A stretch of 55,211 bases of DNA. It comes from an uncultured Veillonella sp. (GTDB lineage: Bacteria > Bacillota > Negativicutes > Veillonellales > Veillonellaceae). The notes under the pieces are model-generated. The model was not told the origin of the DNA and made no database searches. It saw only the letters and a list, made by a program, of their open reading frames with translations. Shown here piece after piece: positions 49,293 to 55,211 of this stretch. The translations under genes and the position numbers were made by a program. Location: contig CAAFUD010000261.1 in NCBI GenBank assembly GCA_900766125.1, positions 1-55,211 on the forward strand. Reading direction: 5' to 3'. Position 1 is the stretch's first letter. Every line of letters starts with the position of its first letter.

Positions 49293-50642
49293 ATGAGGCC
49301 ACGTTCTCCTGAAGTAATTAAAAATTTACAAGAATTAGATCCTTCTAAATGGCTTGATAGCCCTTATTTACGTCAAGCTGATGAAGAATCATTACTAACG
49401 TTATTACAACGTAAACCAGAAGGATTTAAAACGCTTTTAAATAGCTCTTATTCATTCATACGAGATATTGTGTTACGTCGTGATATTTTAATTACTATAC
49501 TTAAAATTAGGCCTCATTATATTAAATTAATACCTGTTAAACACTTATCAGAACGATTGTTTACTATCGTCAATCAGGCTATTGAAAAAGATACTGACGA
49601 ATTAAGTAAAAAGCTATTAATTGATGCCTTATCTGTAGCCAAACAAGAACTATTAGATTATAAGGATGCTCAAACTATGGAAATAAAAGAAAATATATCT
49701 CCTTCCTCTTCAGATCAACAAGATATTAAAACACCATCAGATACAGGCGATGAAAGGATACCTAATCCTCCCCTTTCTCCATCTGCTGATGCAGAAAAGC
49801 CTGATGATGTACCTACTGAAGATGAAGTAAATAAAGAATCAACTGAAGAACCTAAAGAACTAATTAAAGAACCTGTTGATGAAATAGAAAGCGAAACAGA
49901 ATCTGTTTCAACTAAGGAAAGTAATGATGAGAATAACTCTACAGATAGCTCATCTCTTGACCCTATTATTCAAAAAGCTTTTATGGATGCTTCATTAGGT
50001 GATTTCACTAAGTCGTTAGAACAAAAGATTATTGCTATTGTTACTGATAATAATGTAAAAACCAATCAAGAAATTAAAGAGTTGGTTACACAACATATTA
50101 CGCAATTATCTAACAACCTAACAGCTCAACAACAAACATTAGAGTTACTTCAACAAACACTCAATGAACCTAGCAAAGCTTTAATTAATCGCTTTACTGA
50201 AGAAAGTGAAAAAGTATCTGTATGCATTAATGACATCCATACGATACTTGAAAATCAGTATAACGAGGCTAAAGCGTTATCAACTAATTTTTCTACATTA
50301 CTAGAAAAGCCAACGCAAGATTTTTATAATTCATTAGAAACACAAGTTATCAATAAAATGAATAGCTGCATTAATGATGAATCAGGTATGCAATTACAAG
50401 TAGAGGAAATTAAGAAAAAATCAATTGGATCTATAGAAAAATCAACGCAAGTCGTTGTAGATACAACTAATAATTTAATTGATGCGCTTACAACTAGATA
50501 TAATCAACAAAAAAAGATTATTGAAGAAGCCAATAATTTCTTTGATAAAAAAGGCTTGATTCAAAATATTACTATTATAGCTGTGTTTGTAAATTTATTG
50601 CTCTTGTTCTTTATCTTCGTTACACTATTAATAAGAGGATAA
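49293..50642 (+). CDS. Hypothetical coiled-coil protein with acidic linker and C-terminal TM
   Basis: 449-aa ORF with hydrophobic C-terminus. Confidence 0.7.
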   Translation: MRPRSPEVIKNLQELDPSKWLDSPYLRQADEESLLTLLQRKPEGFKTLLNSSYSFIRDIVLRRDILITILKIRPHYIKLIPVKHLSERLFTIVNQAIEKDTDELSKKLLIDALSVAKQELLDYKDAQTMEIKENISPSSSDQQDIKTPSDTGDERIPNPPLSPSADAEKPDDVPTEDEVNKESTEEPKELIKEPVDEIESETESVSTKESNDENNSTDSSSLDPIIQKAFMDASLGDFTKSLEQKIIAIVTDNNVKTNQEIKELVTQHITQLSNNLTAQQQTLELLQQTLNEPSKALINRFTEESEKVSVCINDIHTILENQYNEAKALSTNFSTLLEKPTQDFYNSLETQVINKMNSCINDESGMQLQVEEIKKKSIGSIEKSTQVVVDTTNNLIDALTTRYNQQKKIIEEANNFFDKKGLIQNITIIAVFVNLLLLFFIFVTLLIRG

Positions 50643-50644
50643 TT

Positions 50645-50998
50645 ATGGATGTTAAAAAATTATTAGAAACTAATCATTTTAACTTACGTTCTTCAGAATT
50701 ACAGCCTTATAGAGATACATACGCTGTATGTATGCCCTGTATTGAACGTGATGTAACTATGATAACTTCTTGCGGTGATCGTATTAGAGATAACTATACT
50801 GTTGCAGTCTATGTATTATCTCGTAACCCATCTTTATTATGGTGTTTCTCTATTCGGATACAAACGCATCCTTCTATTGTTCCGATTGTATCTCATGCAC
50901 TAGAAGCTACTGATAGCCTTACGTTAACTATTAAACGTGCAGCTAAGATAGCTAAAAATGAAGGACTTCGTAGAGAAGCACTTTGTTATTCGTTATAA
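50645..50998 (+). CDS. Hypothetical protein
   Basis: GAGG RBS; tightly packed with the upstream gene. Confidence 0.55.
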   Translation: MDVKKLLETNHFNLRSSELQPYRDTYAVCMPCIERDVTMITSCGDRIRDNYTVAVYVLSRNPSLLWCFSIRIQTHPSIVPIVSHALEATDSLTLTIKRAAKIAKNEGLRREALCYSL

Positions 50999-51175
50999 GT
51001 TAATCTTAATCATATATTGTCATGTTCTATAAGCGAGGCGTCCTAACGCTTCGCTTATATTTTTTATATATAAATATATTTATATATAAATATATTTGAC
51101 AATTAATTATTTTATTGCTAGAATATAGACAATGAATATAAACCACTTTAGGTACATAATTAAGGAGTTGTTATT

Positions 51176-51832
51176 ATGAAAATTATCGCCGTCGCAAGCA
51201 CTAAAGGTGGAGTTGGTAAATCAACCATTGCTATCAATCTAGCTACTACACTTAATCAATTAAATTACCAGGTAATTTTAGCAGATGCGGATGCTCAACA
51301 ATCATCCTTCTTATTTGCTGAAGATCGTAAAGAAACTGGCCTCCCTGTTATGAATGCCGTCTCTATCGAATCGCCAGAAGAATTGGATGATGTTATTCAA
51401 CATAACACATCTGATTACCTAATTATTGATTGTGGTGGCCGTGATACTGTTATGTTCCGTACAGCCCTCATTAAAGCTGATATTATTGTTATTCCTGTAA
51501 CTAGTGGACAGTTTGATTTCTGGGGTACTACGGATACACTTGATTTAATTCAAGAGGCTAATACATTTAGAGTACAATCTAACCAAAAAGAACCTCATGT
51601 AGTATGTGTACTGAACCAGGCTCGTACATTTACTAAAACCCATAAAGAAATTGAAGAAGGTCTAAATGAAATCGTTAGTGAATATAACGTTACTCGTGCT
51701 AATACAGTATTAGGCCAACGTGAGGACTATCGACGGGCAACACTTGAAGGTCAAGGCGTTACTGAATTTAAGCATAGTAGCAAAGCTGCTCATGAAATGC
51801 TTTCGTTTGTCAAAGAAATTGAAGCTATCTAA
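51176..51832 (+). CDS. parA: ParA-family partition ATPase (short, type Ib)
   Basis: KGGVGKST, DADAQQS, IIDCGG, S.KAAHEM. Confidence 0.93.
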   Translation: MKIIAVASTKGGVGKSTIAINLATTLNQLNYQVILADADAQQSSFLFAEDRKETGLPVMNAVSIESPEELDDVIQHNTSDYLIIDCGGRDTVMFRTALIKADIIVIPVTSGQFDFWGTTDTLDLIQEANTFRVQSNQKEPHVVCVLNQARTFTKTHKEIEEGLNEIVSEYNVTRANTVLGQREDYRRATLEGQGVTEFKHSSKAAHEMLSFVKEIEAI

Positions 51833-51858
51833 TCATTATTAATAAGGAGATCATTACA

Positions 51859-52110
51859 ATGGCACTTTCTAAAAAACCTATAAAAAAATCTGTAGATACA
51901 TTTATTAATGCAGGTGGTACAGCCCCTAAAAAAGAAAAAGAATCTAAAGAGTTTGAACGATTAGAATTACGTGTTCCGCCTGAAATTAAAGCAGGCATTA
52001 AAGTGTTCGCTGCCTTGAAAGACGAAAAAATGATTGATGTCGTTACAGAAGTTTTCTTAAAAGGCTGCGAAGCCTATCAACATATTGATGGATTCCCAAA
52101 AATTAAGTAA
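51859..52110 (+). CDS. ParG-like ribbon-helix-helix partition protein
   Basis: Follows parA; FINAG N-terminal arm and RLELRVPPEIKAGIK.FAA motif. Confidence 0.7.
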   Translation: MALSKKPIKKSVDTFINAGGTAPKKEKESKEFERLELRVPPEIKAGIKVFAALKDEKMIDVVTEVFLKGCEAYQHIDGFPKIK

Positions 52111-52321
52111 ATTCTATAATGATGAAAGCCCTATACTACATAGGGCTTTTTCTATTTTAGAATATATAAAATAATAAAAATATTAATATATTTATTGTTT
52201 TATATATTAATATATGCTATAATACAAATATGATAGCTGATGTATATATACGTCAAATCTAATTTTATTGAATATAAACCCTTTGAGGTGATTTGTTAAT
52301 TGTGAATAGGAGTGTTGTATT

Positions 52322-52834
52322 ATGATTGATTGGATTTTAGATACTTTATGGAGCTATAAATGGATTTTATTAGTATTATTTATTCTTAATGAGTTCAGTC
52401 GAGTATGGATTACTTATAATAGAATACAAACATTTACACAAAAAATAGAGGAAGCTCGCTCTAATATTGCTGTTATTTTAAATCAAAAACTTGAAATTAT
52501 TAATCAATTTTCTGCTATTGTTAGTCAATATGACGGACATGAAAAGGGAATTCAATTAAAAATATCGAATGATTATACGAAAACAGCTAAGGATGCTACT
52601 AATGCATTGTCCTATATTCATGGTGTAGCTATGGCGTATCCTGAACTTAAATCTGATAGTAACTACAATATTTTTCTTGAAAATATCAGTAATAATGAAC
52701 ATTCGTTAACAGAACGTAGGGAAGCTTATAATACATTTGTTAAAGATTACAATACCTATATTACTCAATTACCAACTTGTTTCCTTGCTAAATTATTTGG
52801 ATACAATAAAGAAATTTATTTTAATAACAATTAA
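52322..52834 (+). CDS. lemA: LemA family protein
   Basis: N-terminal TM, AYPELKSD.NY, R..YN..V..YN..I...P...A..FG. Confidence 0.88.
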   Translation: MIDWILDTLWSYKWILLVLFILNEFSRVWITYNRIQTFTQKIEEARSNIAVILNQKLEIINQFSAIVSQYDGHEKGIQLKISNDYTKTAKDATNALSYIHGVAMAYPELKSDSNYNIFLENISNNEHSLTERREAYNTFVKDYNTYITQLPTCFLAKLFGYNKEIYFNNN

Positions 52835-53080
52835 TTCATTTTACGTTCATTTCATTCGTTATTTTCGTTTTTATTTGATATAATAAGAACAGGATGAACG
52901 AATGAATATAAGCCCATGAGGCAATAAAAAAGGAAGTACATCCATATTGGGGTGTACTTCTTTTTTATTAATATGTAAAAAGAAAAATTATATATAGACC
53001 TTAGCTTTTGTTATGTATTAATAATGCAACTAATTATTCTTATGTTCATCCTTTTTTATGTATAAGAAAGGATATACTAT

Positions 53081-55211
53081 ATGAAGCACAAACGACTTTG
53101 GCTCACAGCAGCTGTTATGACAATGCTCGGTACAAATATGTCTTTTGCAGCCGTGCAAATTGGGGATAATTCTATTGCAGAAGGCAATCAAGCCATTTCT
53201 ACAGGTATTAATTCAATCGCTGTAGGTACGAATGCAGTGGCAACTGGAGATAATTTAACAGGCCCTGTAATTAAACAAAAATTAGCTGAAAATCAAGCTA
53301 AACTAGCAGAAATTGAACGACTTACTAAGCTAGTTAACGATGAAACAATTGATTTTAATCAAAAACACGCTATTTATAATCGTGTAGAAGCAGCTAAAAA
53401 GAAAATAGCTGAAAATAATGCATTGATTCAAAATACGTTACAACCAAATCTTGATACTGCTACCAATAACTACAATGCTTTTAAGCCTGAATATGATGAA
53501 ACCGTTCGTCAAATGAATGAACGATTATCTTATATCAATAAACTTAACTTTAGTTTACTTACAACAGATCCTAATGGCTTAGATACATTAGCTACAGAAC
53601 TTAAACAAAAATCTGAAGATGGATTTCCTGGTGTTAATAATGATTTGAATTTCTATAAAACGTATATTCAAAACTATATTAAAGCTAAAGGTGATTTAGA
53701 AAATATAAAAGCTGATAAAATTAGTAATAATTATAATGATAGTTTTATTAATAGTAATAATATCTCTGGAATTAATACAAATGGAACTACAATTAATAGT
53801 ATCTATTATTTATACAATCCATGGAAAAATTACCTAGGCCGAGTGTTTGTAAATGGTAATGAACTAAATATAGATGGATCAAGTATTAATCTTGAAGCAG
53901 TTGCTTCGATTGATGATACTAAATATAATGCATATCTTAATGAAATAAATAGTTTTGATTCTTTAAAATCAAATTTTGAAAATCTCCCATTGACTGGTGC
54001 GTTAACACAAGAAACTAAAGATAATTTATTAGAAACGGTTGCTGTGGCTAAAAAAAGAAGTTTCTCTCTTATTAATCTAAAACATGAACAATATCTTTAT
54101 GATTCTTTAAAAAATACTAATCCAACACAAGCACTAATTCATTTACAAAATAAACTTAGATTTGAATCAGATTATAATGATTCAAATACTAAATTGAATA
54201 ATTTATATCATTCAGAATTTTCTTGGGAACATTCTTATAATAAATGGTTTAATTCTAATGTGACCGATGTTGAAAACTCTAATACATTAACTGTAACTAC
54301 ATTGTCAGATCAATATAAGGCTGCCATAGCTGATAAACAGGCTAAACTTGATGATTTAAATGCCAAGGTACAAGCTGCTGATGATGCTATTAAAGCAAAA
54401 CAACGTGAAAATGCTCAATTACAACCGACACAACAAGAATTAGATGATGCCGCTGCAGCTGCACGTGTAAAGGCTAAACTTGATGCCGATCAAGCTGCAC
54501 TAGATGATGCAAAACGGACACTAGCACTTAATGACTTAAAAAATATTGGTACTAATGCTATTGCAGTAGGTAATAATAGTCTTGTTACTGGTAAAAATGC
54601 TATTGGTATTGGTACGAATGGTTTAATTACAGGCGAAGATGCTATCGGTATTGGTCGTGATAATACTATTAGTGGCGTAGGCTCTGTTACGATTGGTAGT
54701 AACAATTCTATCCAATCTAATAATGCCTTTGCTATTGGTAATAATATTAATATTCCAACTGGTATGAATAATGCTGTTGTCATTGGTAACAATAGTACAG
54801 CAAAATCACCTACTACCGTTGATGGCGTAACAGCCGATGCAACTGTATCTATTGGTTCTTCAGGTCATGAACGTCAATTAGTAAATGTATCTAAAGGTGA
54901 AGTATCCAATACATCCACTGATGCCATCAATGGCAGTCAACTTTATAAAGTACAATCAGAGGTTGATAAAAAAGCCAATAAGGATGCTTCCAATCTAACA
55001 GGTACAGATGTATCTAAATGGCAAGAAAAACTCGGTACAGGCACTGTAACGAATGGCAATACAGGATTAGTAACGGGCGATACTGTATACAAAGAAATAG
55101 CGAAAACAAATACAGCGCTCGATACTAAGGCCAATACAGGACTAGATAATATTACTGATGCAGGTAAAACTGTCATTCGTAATGTAGCTAAAGGCGCTGT
55201 CAAAGTAGTGA
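53081..55211 (+). CDS. N-terminal part of YadA-like adhesin (joins 1-1013; about 1030 aa in total)
   Basis: AAAGGA RBS; MKHKRLWLTAAVMTML signal; SIAVG/AIGIG head repeats; ERQLVNVSKG..TDAINGSQL neck; in frame with 48-1013 across the overlap. Confidence 0.88.
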   Translation, partial: MKHKRLWLTAAVMTMLGTNMSFAAVQIGDNSIAEGNQAISTGINSIAVGTNAVATGDNLTGPVIKQKLAENQAKLAEIERLTKLVNDETIDFNQKHAIYNRVEAAKKKIAENNALIQNTLQPNLDTATNNYNAFKPEYDETVRQMNERLSYINKLNFSLLTTDPNGLDTLATELKQKSEDGFPGVNNDLNFYKTYIQNYIKAKGDLENIKADKISNNYNDSFINSNNISGINTNGTTINSIYYLYNPWKNYLGRVFVNGNELNIDGSSINLEAVASIDDTKYNAYLNEINSFDSLKSNFENLPLTGALTQETKDNLLETVAVAKKRSFSLINLKHEQYLYDSLKNTNPTQALIHLQNKLRFESDYNDSNTKLNNLYHSEFSWEHSYNKWFNSNVTDVENSNTLTVTTLSDQYKAAIADKQAKLDDLNAKVQAADDAIKAKQRENAQLQPTQQELDDAAAAARVKAKLDADQAALDDAKRTLALNDLKNIGTNAIAVGNNSLVTGKNAIGIGTNGLITGEDAIGIGRDNTISGVGSVTIGSNNSIQSNNAFAIGNNINIPTGMNNAVVIGNNSTAKSPTTVDGVTADATVSIGSSGHERQLVNVSKGEVSNTSTDAINGSQLYKVQSEVDKKANKDASNLTGTDVSKWQEKLGTGTVTNGNTGLVTGDTVYKEIAKTNTALDTKANTGLDNITDAGKTVIRNVAKGAVKVV

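Noticed and set aside
4272..55203. Short antisense or out-of-frame ORFs in the track (e.g. 4272-4478, 5625-5933, 8967-9185, 14562-14858, 15333-15764, 30470-30754, 38167-38355, 54490-54792, 54943-55203)
   Set aside because: They overlap well-supported genes, lack RBSs and have no recognisable motifs; treated as shadow ORFs.

Overview
This AT-rich window looks like a complete circular conjugative plasmid of about 55.16 kb: bases 1-51 equal 55161-55211, and one ORF reads through the join. The host is probably a diderm Firmicute (Negativicutes, Veillonella-like). That is inferred from a YadA-type adhesin with a C-terminal SLH domain, a Gram-negative-style Trb/VirB T4SS and Firmicute-type RBSs. 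Backbone: Rep_3 initiator with four 22-bp iterons and DnaA boxes, MOBQ relaxase with oriT, Trb/VirB-VirD4 operon, ParA/ParG, resolvase with res site, TopB and ArdC. Cargo: Fic, a HipA-like kinase, two type III TA loci (CptIN-like and TenpIN-like), a Bsp6I-like R-M pair, and IscB with its omegaRNA. The most unusual elements are: (1) a Cas12m-like type V effector with an apparently intact RuvC triad and no cas1/cas2, whose 36-nt-repeat/30-nt-spacer array is split by two small membrane-protein genes, plus an orphan repeat upstream of a helicase-HTH-nuclease gene run; (2) a ~500-nt GC-rich, highly structured unassigned RNA; (3) an 11-copy leader motif GAATATAA-RCC-N5/6-GGY with compensatory changes; (4) a shared basic C-terminal '...SKPK...GLER' tail on unrelated toxin and anti-defence proteins, suggesting T4SS export. 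All family assignments come from motif recognition by eye; no database search was run.
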